Below are positions 16,952-27,764 of a DNA stretch of 64,000 bases, in pieces. Below the pieces are notes generated by a model. The model had not been told where the DNA came from. It saw only the letters and a list, made by a program, of their open reading frames with translations, and did no database searches. Source of the DNA: Candidatus Poribacteria bacterium (GTDB taxonomy: Bacteria > Abyssobacteria > SURF-5); the NCBI GenBank assembly GCA_016215705.1, contig JACRIR010000130.1, positions 1,456-65,455 on the forward strand, written 5' to 3'. The stretch's first letter is position 1; every line of letters begins with the position of its first letter. Made by a program: the position numbers and the translations under genes.

Positions 16952-18409
16952 ATGCGTCGAACAAAAATAGTCGCCACAATCGGGCCGAGCTCGAACAAGG
17001 AAGAAACGCTGCGCCAGATGATCGAGGCCGGTATGGACGTTGCCAGGCTGAATTTCTCTCATGGAACGCATGCCGACCACGAGCGCAGTTTCCGGATGAT
17101 TCGGAAGCTGAGCGAGAAGCTCGGGAAGCCCATCGGCATAATAGGCGATTTGCAGGGCCCAAAGATTCGAACCGGCGAACTGGCCGATGGGCCGCTGACT
17201 CTGCGCCGGGGCGGAGTCCTTATTATTACAACCCGCAAGATGAACGGGGCGGGCGACACAATCTCAACTACGTATACGCGGCTTCCCCATGATGTCAGGC
17301 ACGGCGACAGGATTCTCCTGGATGACGGCTCCATCGAGGTAAGAGTTCTCAGGGTCGAGAACCGTGACATTCACTGTCGCGTCGTCTACGGCGGCGCATT
17401 GAGCGCGCACAAGGGCATCAACCTTCCGGGAGTCAAGATATCCGCGCCGTCTCTCACGCCGAAAGACAAAGAAGACGTCCGGTTTGCGGTCAAACTCAGG
17501 ATGGACTATCTCGCAATGAGCTTCATACGGCAGCCGGAGGACATCATCCGGTTAAAAAAGCTTCTCAAAACGCTCGGGGCGGAGATTCCCATTATTGCGA
17601 AAGTCGAGAAACCCGATGCTCTCGCTAATATCGACGGCATAATCTCGGTGGCCGACGGAGTTATGATCGCGCGAGGCGATCTCGGGGTCGAAATGGCGCG
17701 CGAAAAGGTCCCGCAGATTCAAAAGGACCTGATAATGCGCTGCATCGAGGCCGGCAAACCGGTGATTACGGCCACGCAGATGCTCGAATCCATGATTCGC
17801 CAGCCGACACCGACGCGCGCCGAGGCGTCCGACGTGGTCAACGCCATATACGACGGCACAGGAGCGGTCATGCTGTCGGGCGAGACCGCCGTCGGAGACT
17901 ATCCGGTGCATGCAGTCAGGATGATGGCGCGCATAGCCGAGGAAGCGGACACCCACGTGGTCGAAAGAGAGAAGAAGGTCTTCCGACACTCGGGCGTCAT
18001 CGACAGTTTTGAGGATGCGATAGGACAGGCGACTGACACGACTGCGCGGCACCTGCGCACCCGCTACATCGTATGCTTCACTTCGTCCGGATTTACCGCG
18101 CAGCAGGTATCCAGCTACCGACCCGAGACGCCGATAATAGCCGCGACGCAAAACGTTGAGATAGTGCCGCGAATGAGCTTATGCTGGGGGGTGCAACCAA
18201 TCTGTGTTCGGAAAGCAGAAACGGTTGATTCGATGATTGCCAACATCGAGGACGAGCTTCTCATGCGGAAGATGGTTCGGAGGGGCGACAGCATAATCAT
18301 CACCTCAGGCTATCCCTTGGGCGTGCGCGGCACAACGAACATGATGCAACTCGTCAAAGTGGGTGAACACAAGATGCATCCGACGCCGGCCGGCCGAAAG
18401 AGAGGCTAG
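16952..18409 (+). CDS. pyk: Pyruvate kinase
   Basis: MRRTKIVATIGP...MDVARLNFSHG...IAKVEKPDA...MIARGDLGVE...MLSGETA. Confidence 0.92.
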   Translation: MRRTKIVATIGPSSNKEETLRQMIEAGMDVARLNFSHGTHADHERSFRMIRKLSEKLGKPIGIIGDLQGPKIRTGELADGPLTLRRGGVLIITTRKMNGAGDTISTTYTRLPHDVRHGDRILLDDGSIEVRVLRVENRDIHCRVVYGGALSAHKGINLPGVKISAPSLTPKDKEDVRFAVKLRMDYLAMSFIRQPEDIIRLKKLLKTLGAEIPIIAKVEKPDALANIDGIISVADGVMIARGDLGVEMAREKVPQIQKDLIMRCIEAGKPVITATQMLESMIRQPTPTRAEASDVVNAIYDGTGAVMLSGETAVGDYPVHAVRMMARIAEEADTHVVEREKKVFRHSGVIDSFEDAIGQATDTTARHLRTRYIVCFTSSGFTAQQVSSYRPETPIIAATQNVEIVPRMSLCWGVQPICVRKAETVDSMIANIEDELLMRKMVRRGDSIIITSGYPLGVRGTTNMMQLVKVGEHKMHPTPAGRKRG

Positions 18410-18411
18410 CC

Positions 18412-20010
18412 GTGGCGCAGACGCGTGAACTGTTCGCCGACTATTGCAGCGGATTTGAAAGGCTGCGCCATTTTTTTCGTTATGATCCTCGTGATCTGTC
18501 CGGGGCTATGAGCGAACTCCGAGGAACGCAGCAGCGGCGTTTCAGCGAGAACCAGCTCAATGAAATCAGGCTCTACAACAAGAGAATGGATTGCAGCAAT
18601 GAGACGCTCGCAAACATCGACAAGCTCGGTGTGGATGGAACGCTGGCCGTTGTCACCGGCCAGCAGCCGGGCATCTTCACAGGACCTCTCTATACAATCT
18701 ACAAGACGCTCACCGCAATAAAACTCGCGAAACACATCACGGATCGCTTTGGCGTCGCTGCCGTGCCCGTGTTCTGGAATGCATCCGAGGATCACGACTT
18801 TCAGGAAGTGCGGCATGCGGAGATCATAAACCGCGACAGTCGCGTGATAAGCCTGCTCTATGAGCCGAAGACCGATATAGAAGGCAAATCCATATTCGAC
18901 ATTCCTCTCGAGCCTTCGATCAACTTCCTGATAGACCTTATGGCGGGAGACACAAACGAGAGCGAATTCAAGACGTATCTCGTCGATTTGCTTCGGAACT
19001 CTCTCGGGCGCTGTTATTCGCTCGCCGACTGGTTCTCGCACCTCATGCAGGCGCTCTTCAATTCCTACGGGCTGATCATATTCGACGCCCACCTGCCGCC
19101 GTGCCGCGAGCTTGCGCGCCCGATCATAGGACGCGAGATAAAGATACCGGTGCGCTCATCGCGCCTGATCAACGAGGCAGGCGCACAGCTCAAGTCATTG
19201 GCCTATCACCAGCAAATAGCGCGGAACGCGGACGATGTGAATTTCTTCTTTTACGCGCAAGGAAGACGGAACAAGGTTCGGTTCAAAAAAAACAAATTCC
19301 TTGTGGATCGCGTCGGGCTGGAGTATGATCAGAATGAGATGCTCGACATGCTGGCTGAAGAGCCACAGCGCTTCAGCCCCAGCGCGGTGTTGAGACCGCT
19401 CATACAGGACCATATTCTCCCGACGGTCGCTTACGTGGCCGGTCCGGGTGAGATAGCGTACTTCGCGCAGATGCGCAACACTTACGTGTTCTTTGAGCTC
19501 GTCATGCCCGTGATATATCCCCGGAGCCGGGCGGTGCTCATCGAACCCAGGATCGCGAAGATTCTGCGGAGATACGGACTCCGCGTGGACGACGCATTCA
19601 AAAACAGAAGAGACCTGCTCAAAGCAATCGTGTCGCAGGGGGCGCCGTCTGCCGTTGTGCAATCATGCGACCGGAATCTCGAGGGCATACAGATCATTCT
19701 CGACGAGTTCAGGCGCGAAGTGAGCGAATTCGAGCCGACTCTTGTGGACCCCGTAGACAAGCTCAAGAGGAAGATCGGCTCCGAGATGGATAATCTGCGG
19801 GACAAACTGGCGCAAGCGGGAAAGCTCGACACCGAGGTAGTCGAGCAGCAAGTGGAAAAACTCAAGGCCCACCTCTTCCCCGAGGGAAAAGAGCAGGAGA
19901 GGGTATTCAATATCTTTCCTTACCTCTTTTCGAACGGGATTCAATTCATATCGCGATTGGAAAAAACACTCGATATCGCGAACTTCGACAGGCAGGAGAT
20001 ATACGTGTGA
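18412..20010 (+). CDS. bshC: Bacillithiol biosynthesis cysteine-adding enzyme BshC-family protein
   Basis: Signature VVTGQQPGIFTGPLYTIYKTLTAI near the N-terminus and AYVAGPGEIAYFAQ later; about 530 aa. GTG start immediately after the pyk stop. Confidence 0.7.
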   Translation: MAQTRELFADYCSGFERLRHFFRYDPRDLSGAMSELRGTQQRRFSENQLNEIRLYNKRMDCSNETLANIDKLGVDGTLAVVTGQQPGIFTGPLYTIYKTLTAIKLAKHITDRFGVAAVPVFWNASEDHDFQEVRHAEIINRDSRVISLLYEPKTDIEGKSIFDIPLEPSINFLIDLMAGDTNESEFKTYLVDLLRNSLGRCYSLADWFSHLMQALFNSYGLIIFDAHLPPCRELARPIIGREIKIPVRSSRLINEAGAQLKSLAYHQQIARNADDVNFFFYAQGRRNKVRFKKNKFLVDRVGLEYDQNEMLDMLAEEPQRFSPSAVLRPLIQDHILPTVAYVAGPGEIAYFAQMRNTYVFFELVMPVIYPRSRAVLIEPRIAKILRRYGLRVDDAFKNRRDLLKAIVSQGAPSAVVQSCDRNLEGIQIILDEFRREVSEFEPTLVDPVDKLKRKIGSEMDNLRDKLAQAGKLDTEVVEQQVEKLKAHLFPEGKEQERVFNIFPYLFSNGIQFISRLEKTLDIANFDRQEIYV

Positions 20011-20122
20011 GAAAATAGGGAGAAAAGGTTAAAAGGGGAAAAGGGCAAAAGGGGTTTTTCCCGTTCAAGAATATAAGACTGATTTCTGCAACTGGGTGAT
20101 AGACACGTTCTTTCCATAAGTG

Positions 20123-20151
20123 GCCCCGCTGTGAGCGGGGCTGGCTTTTTT
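20123..20151 (+). terminator. Rho-independent terminator downstream of bshC
   Basis: GCCCCGCTgtgaGCGGGGCtggCTTTTTT: a GC-rich hairpin followed by a T-tract. Confidence 0.7.
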
Positions 20152-20167
20152 GAGGGTCCTTAAATAC

Positions 20168-21328
20168 ATGAATCACCGCTTTGTTCATTACTCAATGGCT
20201 TTCTTGATGCAGTTGTTCATATCGGTCGGAGCGCTGGCGGCGCCGTTGCTCGCGACGAGACTGGGCGCCTCCAGTTTCGAGCTCGGAATGATGGGTGCGC
20301 TCGGAGCGGCCACGTACGCGTTCACCGTGATCTTCGCGGGTACGCTTTCCGACAAGTTCGGCCGCAAACAAGTGATCCTTGCAGGAACGCTCTTCACGGG
20401 ATTCGCATTCGGAATCATGCCATTGAGCCGCATTCCACTTCATTTGATCATCCTTACCGGCTTGAGCGGCATTGCAATGGCCTTCTATTGGCCGGTGCTC
20501 GAGGCATGGATGTCCGAGGAAGGCGATCCGGAACACGTCCGGCAGGAGATGAGCGCATTTAATGTGAGTTGGAGCACCGGCGGCTTCATTGGTCCGCTCG
20601 TGGGAGGTTTTCTCTTCACGTTCAGCAGCACGCTCGCATTCCTGTTTGCGGCAGCGGGCGTCTTACCTGTCGCGTATTTGGCTTTGAGCCACACGAGACC
20701 GACCTCCTGTGTTTCCCCCTCGCCCGAAACAGCCGCCACAGCCGCTGAAAATGGCGCCGCGATTGTCAAACGCTCTTTTCTGTACGTCATATGGATAGCA
20801 AACTTTGCGAGTTGGTTCGCAATATCCGAAATCAGGGTTCTATTCCCCAAGCTCGGCCTGGCGGAATTAGGAATGCAGCCGTGGCTCATTGGAATCCTCA
20901 TATTCATCCTCAGCCTGGCTCTGGCCGCCATGTTTTATGCGCTGAGCGTTTTGAAGCGTTGGCACAACACCGTTGCTCCATTGCTGTACTCGCAAATCGT
21001 CATCTTCGTCTTGCTGCTCGTCACCGCCGCCTCTGACTCGCCGGTTGTTTTAGGACTGGCGTTTGCCGGACTCGGCGCGGGCTTTGCAGTGCCTTATTCA
21101 TACAGCCTCTATTTCAGCGTAGTGGGAAGCGCCAACAAAGGGGCTGCAAGCGGCAGGCATGAGATGGTGCTCGGAACCGGCGGGCTGCTCGGTCCTCTGC
21201 TTGGCGGAGTCGCCGCTGAAATTCTCCGAAACCAGCGTGCACCCTATGTCCTGGGAGCGGCGTTTATCCTCATCTCTCTTATTGTCCAGGGTTTCGTGTT
21301 GTCATCGCGCCGCGGGTCTCAGGCGTAA
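20168..21328 (+). CDS. Major facilitator superfamily transporter
   Basis: About 12 predicted hydrophobic segments and the MFS signature GTLSDKFGRKQVILAG between TM2 and TM3. Start taken at MNHRF, after the upstream terminator. Confidence 0.8.
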   Translation: MNHRFVHYSMAFLMQLFISVGALAAPLLATRLGASSFELGMMGALGAATYAFTVIFAGTLSDKFGRKQVILAGTLFTGFAFGIMPLSRIPLHLIILTGLSGIAMAFYWPVLEAWMSEEGDPEHVRQEMSAFNVSWSTGGFIGPLVGGFLFTFSSTLAFLFAAAGVLPVAYLALSHTRPTSCVSPSPETAATAAENGAAIVKRSFLYVIWIANFASWFAISEIRVLFPKLGLAELGMQPWLIGILIFILSLALAAMFYALSVLKRWHNTVAPLLYSQIVIFVLLLVTAASDSPVVLGLAFAGLGAGFAVPYSYSLYFSVVGSANKGAASGRHEMVLGTGGLLGPLLGGVAAEILRNQRAPYVLGAAFILISLIVQGFVLSSRRGSQA

Positions 21329-21344
21329 TGGGGCACTCCCGGAT

Positions 21345-21374
21345 TGTCAACCGCTGGAGTTTGTGAGGTTGACA
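21345..21374. promoter_or_regulatory. Candidate BirA operator (bioO) upstream of bioB
   Basis: TGTCAACC-N14-GGTTGACA is a perfect 8-bp inverted repeat with a 14-bp spacer. It matches the widespread TGTnAACC-N14-16-GGTTnACA BirA box architecture and sits about 195 bp upstream of the bioB start. Confidence 0.6.
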
Positions 21375-21568
21375 TTTCCCGCAACAACTGGTAGCATTGG
21401 CGAAGACGGATTCCCCCGAGATGGTAATGGAATACGCCGTTCTGAGCGAAGCGAAGGGTCTCCGAGTGGCGCCTTGCTGCAAAGACGGTGAGGGGAAATC
21501 GTGGCAGGAATTCAAGATATCGAACCTGAGTAGTACAGAACGACACCGGAAACAGGGACTGCAAAGAA

Positions 21569-22576
21569 ATGAAACCACACAAGTTTTTTAATGAATACGC
21601 CGCCCGTGTGATTGACGGCGACAGACTCGGCCGCGATGAAGCCGCCAAAATGCTCGCCACTCCACACGAGGACGTGCTTCATTTGGTTGCTGCGGCGAAC
21701 GACGTTCGCCTCCACTTTAAAAATGACCGCGTGGATTTCTGCGCCATCGTCAACACGAAATCGGGGTCGTGCAGCGAAGACTGCGCCTTTTGCGCGCAGT
21801 CAGCGCATCACGAAACCGGCGCGTCCGTGTACCCTCTGATGGAGGAGCGAGAAATTCTCAGGCGGGCGAAGGAAGCCGAGGCGATGGGCGCCAACAAGCT
21901 CTGCTTTGTTACAAGTGGGAGGGGCATCGAAAGCGACGACGACCTTGACAAGGTCTGTTCGGCAATCAGATCCATCGCCCGCGAGACCGCGCTCGACAGG
22001 TGCGCGTCTCTCGGCGCTCTCGGGCGTCGCCAGCTCGACAGGCTCAAGGCGGCGGGGTTGCAGAGCTTGCACCACAATATCGAGACTGCCGAAAGTTTCT
22101 TTGGTGGAATCTGCACCACGCACACGTATGCCGACAGAATCGATACAATCAACCTGGCGAAGGAACTGGGTTTTTATGTTTGCTGCGGCGGCATATTCGG
22201 GATGGGCGAATCGGAGGAGCAGCGAATCGAGATGGCTCTTGCCATAAGAGAATTGGACATTGACTCGGTCCCGATGAATTTTCTGAATCCCATTCGCGGG
22301 ACGCCGTTGGAACATGCCAGGCCTCTTCAACCACTCGATATATTGAAAACGATAGCAGTGTTCAGATTCCTGCTGCCCGACAAAGACATAAGGGTTTGCG
22401 GGGGGCGCGAGAAAAACCTGCGTTCATTGCAGCCTTTCATATATCTGGCCGGCGCAAATTGCGCTGTGCTCGGGAACTATCTGACGACTCAGGGACGTGA
22501 CTACCGGGAAGACCTCGAGATGATAGCCGACCTTGGCCTGCGAGCGGCGCGCGGAGGAACCCTAGTGGGCGGTTGA
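21569..22576 (+). CDS. bioB: Biotin synthase
   Basis: Radical-SAM CxxxCxxC (GSCSEDCAFCAQS), plus YHHNIETA and the NLAKELGFYVCCGGIFGMGES region. Confidence 0.92.
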   Translation: MKPHKFFNEYAARVIDGDRLGRDEAAKMLATPHEDVLHLVAAANDVRLHFKNDRVDFCAIVNTKSGSCSEDCAFCAQSAHHETGASVYPLMEEREILRRAKEAEAMGANKLCFVTSGRGIESDDDLDKVCSAIRSIARETALDRCASLGALGRRQLDRLKAAGLQSLHHNIETAESFFGGICTTHTYADRIDTINLAKELGFYVCCGGIFGMGESEEQRIEMALAIRELDIDSVPMNFLNPIRGTPLEHARPLQPLDILKTIAVFRFLLPDKDIRVCGGREKNLRSLQPFIYLAGANCAVLGNYLTTQGRDYREDLEMIADLGLRAARGGTLVGG

Positions 22577-22611
22577 GCGCGTTCGCATCGAATGGCTCTT
22601 GCGGAGAAACT

Positions 22612-22646
22612 TCCTCCACCCCCTTTGCCAAAGGGGGGATTTCCCC
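22612..22646. repeat. REP-2 palindromic repeat copy (CCCCCTTTGC-AAAGGGGG family)
   Basis: CCTCCACCCCCTTTGCCAAAGGGGGGATTTCCCC in the bioB-bioF intergenic space. Confidence 0.7.
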
Positions 22647-22695
22647 AATGAACGACGCAATGCTGATTTGTCCAAATGAACACTAGAAGACAATT

Positions 22696-23898
22696 ATGAC
22701 AATTCGACAACGAGATTCCACGTCGCAGGGACGATGCGCGTTCGAGGTTGAGCTCGCGGAGATCGAGGCCCAAGGGCTTCTCCGCAAGACAAAGCTCATC
22801 GACGGCGCCATCGGGCCGCGGGTTTCACTTGATGGCCGCGAGACCGTGCTGTTGTGCACGAACGACTACCTTGGACTTGCAAACCATCCATCCGTAAAAC
22901 AAGCTGCCAGAGAAGCCCTTGAAAAATATGGGGCTGGGGCGGGCGCGTCACGGCTGGTGTCGGGCACTCTGCCACCGCATGCCAAACTCGAGGCCGCGCT
23001 CGCACGGTTCAAGGGAACAGAGGCCGCGCTCGTATTCGGCTCGGGTTATCTGGCTAATTTGGGGATCGTCTCCGCCCTGGAGACTCAAGGAGACGTTATC
23101 TACAGCGATGAACTCAATCATGCGAGCATCGTTGACGCCTGCCGGCTCAGCCGGGCGACGACTAAGGTTTTCCGGCATGCGGACACCGATGCGCTCGAGG
23201 CAATGCTTGCCAACGACCTCGCGTATGGCCGAAGGCTGATTGCGACCGACGGGATATTCAGCATGGACGGGGACATTGCGCCACTCCCCAAGCTTGCGGC
23301 GCTTGCCGCCGAGTACGACTGCTGCTTGATGGTGGATGACGCGCACGCCACCGGCGTCATCGGTCCGGGAGGAAAGGGAACCGCAGCCCATTTCGGACTC
23401 GGAGGCAGCATCGACATTCAGATGGGAACTCTCAGCAAGGCCCTTGGCAGTTACGGCGCTTTCGTTGCAGGCTCGCGCGACCTCGTGGATTTCCTGGTGA
23501 ATCGCGCGCGCAGCTTCATCTTCACTACCGCGCTCCCCCCCGCCTCAGCGGCGGCCGCCTTCGAAGCGCTCAACATCATCGAGCGCGAACCGGAGAGAAG
23601 CGAGAGACTATGGCAAAACGCCTCTCTCCTCAAGGATGGGCTCGTATCCGGTGGGTTCGATGCCGGCGCTTCCGAGACTTTCATTATTCCAGTGATAATC
23701 GGCGACGCGAGGCAATGCGTCCGAATGGCGGAAGCTCTCCTCGAAGAGGGCGTCTTCGCTCAGGCCATAAGACCGCCCTCAGTGCCGGAAGGAACTTCCA
23801 GGCTGAGAGTTGTTCCCACGTCGGAACATCTGCCGAGTGATATCGGATTTGCGATTGAAGCGTTCAAACGCGCAGGGAAACGATGCGGCATCGTCTAG
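22696..23898 (+). CDS. bioF: 8-amino-7-oxononanoate synthase
   Basis: PLP-dependent acyl-CoA transferase family: GSGYLANLG, DDAHATGVIG, GTLSKALGSYGAFVAG. Confidence 0.88.
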   Translation: MTIRQRDSTSQGRCAFEVELAEIEAQGLLRKTKLIDGAIGPRVSLDGRETVLLCTNDYLGLANHPSVKQAAREALEKYGAGAGASRLVSGTLPPHAKLEAALARFKGTEAALVFGSGYLANLGIVSALETQGDVIYSDELNHASIVDACRLSRATTKVFRHADTDALEAMLANDLAYGRRLIATDGIFSMDGDIAPLPKLAALAAEYDCCLMVDDAHATGVIGPGGKGTAAHFGLGGSIDIQMGTLSKALGSYGAFVAGSRDLVDFLVNRARSFIFTTALPPASAAAAFEALNIIEREPERSERLWQNASLLKDGLVSGGFDAGASETFIIPVIIGDARQCVRMAEALLEEGVFAQAIRPPSVPEGTSRLRVVPTSEHLPSDIGFAIEAFKRAGKRCGIV

Positions 23899-23908
23899 AC
23901 GAAAACTA

Positions 23909-23959
23909 GATCCCCACTTCCCCCCTTTTCAAGAAAAGAGGGGAGCAAGGGGGAATTTG
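23909..23959. repeat. REP-2 palindromic repeat copy
   Basis: CCCCACTTCCCCCCTTTTCAAGAAAAGAGGGGAGCAAGGGGG. Confidence 0.65.
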
Positions 23960-23962
23960 TAA

Positions 23963-24757
<795 letters not shown>

Positions 24758-24790
24758 GTTGAAATGGGAACAGAGAGTTTACAGGGCAAA

Positions 24791-24820
24791 CCTCCCCCGC
24801 CCCCTTTGCGAAAAGAGGAG
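24791..24820. repeat. REP-2 palindromic repeat copy
   Basis: CCTCCCCCGCCCCCTTTGCGAAAAGAGGAG. Confidence 0.6.
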
Positions 24821-24877
24821 AAAACAACTTCGTTTTCGAGCAACTATTCGCCCCTCTCTCATGAGGGGTATCCTGAT

Positions 24878-24912
24878 GACCCCCCTCTTGCAAAGGGGGC
24901 AGGGGGGGATTC
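24878..24912. repeat. REP-2 palindromic repeat copy
   Basis: GACCCCCCTCTTGCAAAGGGGGCAGGGGGGGATTC. Confidence 0.7.
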
Positions 24913-24964
24913 AGCAAAATCAGTATTGTGCCCCCGGAATCCTCCGCGATTCGAGGAGAATATC

Positions 24965-26374
24965 ATGCAAAGGAACAAGCGCGCGCGAAACGACGCCGAC
25001 CAACTCGAGATAGACGACCGGAAGTTCATCTGGCACCCTTTCACACAGATGCAGGATTATGTGGCGGAGACGCCACTGATCATTGAGCGCGCGAAGGGCT
25101 CTTATCTATACGACATTCGCGGCAGAAGATATCTCGACGGAGTATCTTCGCTATGGGTTACGGTTCACGGCCACAGGAAGCGCGCGCTCGACTCCGCCGT
25201 CAGGAAGCAGATCAGCATGGTCGCCCATTCGACGTTGCTCGGGATATCGAATGTGCCGGCGGTCAAACTCGCGAAAATGCTTGCTGAGCGAGCGCCAAAG
25301 GGGCTCACAAAAGTTTTCTATTCCGACAACGGCTCGACCGCTGTCGAGGTCGGCCTCAAGATGGCCTTTCAGTATTGGCGACAACACAGGAGCGGTTCGC
25401 ACAAGAAGCGGACGAAATTCATCTGCTTCGAGAATGCTTATCACGGCGACACTATCGGGAGTGTTGGCGTAGGCGGTATCGATCTTTTCCATGAAATGTA
25501 CCGTCCGTTGCTTATGGAATCGATACGTGTGCCCGCGCCGTATTGTTATCGGTGTGAGAAAAACAGGAACAGACCCCATTCTTCTGAAGAGAAAAATGGA
25601 GTCTGTTCCTGTTTTTCGTGTATCCAGGCTGTCGAACAGGCGCTCAGGGAGCATGCCGGCGAGGTTGCCGCACTTGTGATCGAGCCGCTCGTGCACGCGG
25701 CGGGCGGAATAATTGTTCAGCCTCCGGGCTACCTCAAGCGGATTCGCGAGCTTTGCACGCGCTACGGAGTTCTCATGATCACGGACGAGGTCGCGGTCGG
25801 CATCGGGCGCACCGGAACGATGTTCGCATGCGAGCGCGAGGATATCTCGCCTGACATTTTGGCGATTGCGAAGGGTTTGACCGGCGGATACTTGCCGGTC
25901 GCAGCCACGCTGACAACCGAGGAAATTTACTCCGGTTTCCTCGGCGCGTACGACGAGTTTCGGACACTTTTTCATGGCCACACATACACTGGCAACCCGC
26001 TGGGCTGCGCTGCCGCAATTGCAAACCTGGAGATTTTCGACCGGGAGCAGACCCTCAAGAAAGTGCGGAAGAAGGCGGAATTGCTTGAGAGATTATTGCG
26101 ACCGCTCGCAGAGCTTCATCATGTCGGCGACATAAGGCAGTGCGGCCTCATGGTCGGTATCGAACTTGTCAAAGACAAGAATTCCCGCGAGCCTTATGAC
26201 TACAGCGAGAAAATGGGCATAAGGGTCATCATGGAGGCCAGGCGCCGCGGCATGATAATTCGCCCGCTCGGCAACGTTATCGTACTGATGCCGCATCTCA
26301 CATTCAGTCCCGCCCAACTGGAGCGCATGGTCGCTATCACACGCGTCTCAATTGAAACAGTAACACAAACGTAG
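24965..26374 (+). CDS. bioA: Adenosylmethionine-8-amino-7-oxononanoate aminotransferase
   Basis: Class-III aminotransferase: FIWHPFTQ, DGVSSLWVTVHGH, ITDEVAVGIGRTGTMFA, FHGHTYTGNP. Start taken at MQRNK; the upstream ORF-track extension is REP-2 repeat sequence. Confidence 0.88.
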   Translation: MQRNKRARNDADQLEIDDRKFIWHPFTQMQDYVAETPLIIERAKGSYLYDIRGRRYLDGVSSLWVTVHGHRKRALDSAVRKQISMVAHSTLLGISNVPAVKLAKMLAERAPKGLTKVFYSDNGSTAVEVGLKMAFQYWRQHRSGSHKKRTKFICFENAYHGDTIGSVGVGGIDLFHEMYRPLLMESIRVPAPYCYRCEKNRNRPHSSEEKNGVCSCFSCIQAVEQALREHAGEVAALVIEPLVHAAGGIIVQPPGYLKRIRELCTRYGVLMITDEVAVGIGRTGTMFACEREDISPDILAIAKGLTGGYLPVAATLTTEEIYSGFLGAYDEFRTLFHGHTYTGNPLGCAAAIANLEIFDREQTLKKVRKKAELLERLLRPLAELHHVGDIRQCGLMVGIELVKDKNSREPYDYSEKMGIRVIMEARRRGMIIRPLGNVIVLMPHLTFSPAQLERMVAITRVSIETVTQT

Positions 26375-26706
26375 GCCTATCGTGGCGTCTCTTGAATAAT
26401 CATCGCACGGCATTCCGACAATAGCCTCCAATTTGAGTCCTTCGGCTGCGCTCAGAATAAAGGCAAAGGGCCGGAAAGATCGCACGTCCGTGTTTGAAAT
26501 CTGCCCCCTCTCTTCTTCAGCGTCACGCCTCGGCAACTCTGCGCTCCCGTTTGACAATGACTGCACCCTTTGTTATGTTTATGGGTAAAATGGACTTAAC
26601 AACAATGAAGGGCAAACAGAGAAAAACCGGAAAAGGCGTTTTGTTTGTTTCTTCTTTTTTCCTATTTCCTATTTCCCCCGCTTTTGCACGAGAAGGAGGG
26701 TAAGTC

Positions 26707-27669
26707 TTGGATTCTGATCTCCGGTTGGAACTGTATCGAAAGATGATTTTGATTCGCCGGTTCGAAGAGAAAACAAACCAGATGTATCAAAAAGGCAAGA
26801 TTACCGGCTTCTGCCACCTGTATATCGGCGAAGAAGCCGTTGGAGTAGGCGCAATCTCGGCCATCCGCGAAACCGACTACGTAGTCACCGGCTACCGCGA
26901 CCACGGCCAGGCGATTGCGAAGGGCGTTGACCCGAAGCGAGTCATGGCCGAACTGTTCGGAAAGGAAGCCGGCGTTTCCAAGGGCAAAGGCGGCTCGATG
27001 CATATGTTTGACAAGGAAAAACGCTTCATGGGCGGCGACGCCATCGTCGGAGGCGACCTCCCGCTGGCAGTCGGCATCGGCTTCGCCATAAAATATCAGA
27101 AGATCGACGACATCGTGCTCTGTTTTTTTGGCGACGGGGCGGCCAATGAAGGCGCCTTCCACGAATCGTTCAACCTTGCCTCGTTGTGGAACTTGCCCGT
27201 TCTTTTTTTCTGTGAGAACAATAAATATGGTATGGGCACTTCCATCGAACGAGCATCTTCCATCGAGGACCTCGCGAAACGAGCGGCTTGTTACAACATC
27301 GAGTGGCAGATAATCGACGGCATGGATGTCGTCGAAGTCTACGAGGCGACCCGGAAGACCGCCGGGCGCGTGCGCTCTCAGAAAAGACCGGAGATGATTG
27401 AGGCCAAGACGTATCGGTTCAAAGGCCATTCGGTCGCCGACCCCGAAGTGTACCGCACCAAAGAGGAGGTCGAACAGTGGAAGGTGCGCGACCCGATTGA
27501 CAGGCTTCGCAACAAACTCAAGGGCGAAGGCATCCTTACCGACGAGAAAATCAAACAGATCGACGACGAGGTCGAAAGCGTCTGCGGCGAGGCAATCGAG
27601 TTCGCCGATAAGTCGCCATTTCCGCCGGCATCGGCGGTGTGCGAGCACGTGTACGCAGGGAAATTCTGA
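26707..27669 (+). CDS. pdhA: 2-oxoacid (pyruvate/acetoin) dehydrogenase E1 component alpha subunit
   Basis: TPP-binding GDGAANEGAFHESFN...FFCENNKYGMGT and the phosphorylation-loop-like YRFKGHS. Confidence 0.88.
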   Translation: MDSDLRLELYRKMILIRRFEEKTNQMYQKGKITGFCHLYIGEEAVGVGAISAIRETDYVVTGYRDHGQAIAKGVDPKRVMAELFGKEAGVSKGKGGSMHMFDKEKRFMGGDAIVGGDLPLAVGIGFAIKYQKIDDIVLCFFGDGAANEGAFHESFNLASLWNLPVLFFCENNKYGMGTSIERASSIEDLAKRAACYNIEWQIIDGMDVVEVYEATRKTAGRVRSQKRPEMIEAKTYRFKGHSVADPEVYRTKEEVEQWKVRDPIDRLRNKLKGEGILTDEKIKQIDDEVESVCGEAIEFADKSPFPPASAVCEHVYAGKF

Positions 27670-27677
27670 TGACGCGC

Positions 27678-27720
27678 GCATATTCGAGAACACCATGCGG
27701 CATGGTGTCCCCGAATATGC
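27678..27720. repeat. REP-1 palindromic repeat copy
   Basis: GCATATTCGAGAACACCATGCGGCATGGTGTCCCCGAATATGC between pdhA and pdhB. Confidence 0.75.
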
Positions 27721-27764
27721 GCAAATTCCGGTAGTGACGACTATCAAAGGAGCAGCAGACTAAC

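Noticed and set aside
15953-17080. 375-aa minus-strand ORF overlapping the P1B ATPase 3' end and the pyk 5' end
   Set aside because: It is antisense to two strongly supported genes and has an Arg/Gly/Pro-rich composition typical of GC-rich antisense frames, with no recognisable motifs.
26662-27747. 361-aa minus-strand ORF
   Set aside because: Antisense to pdhA (E1 alpha), which has unambiguous TPP-binding motifs.
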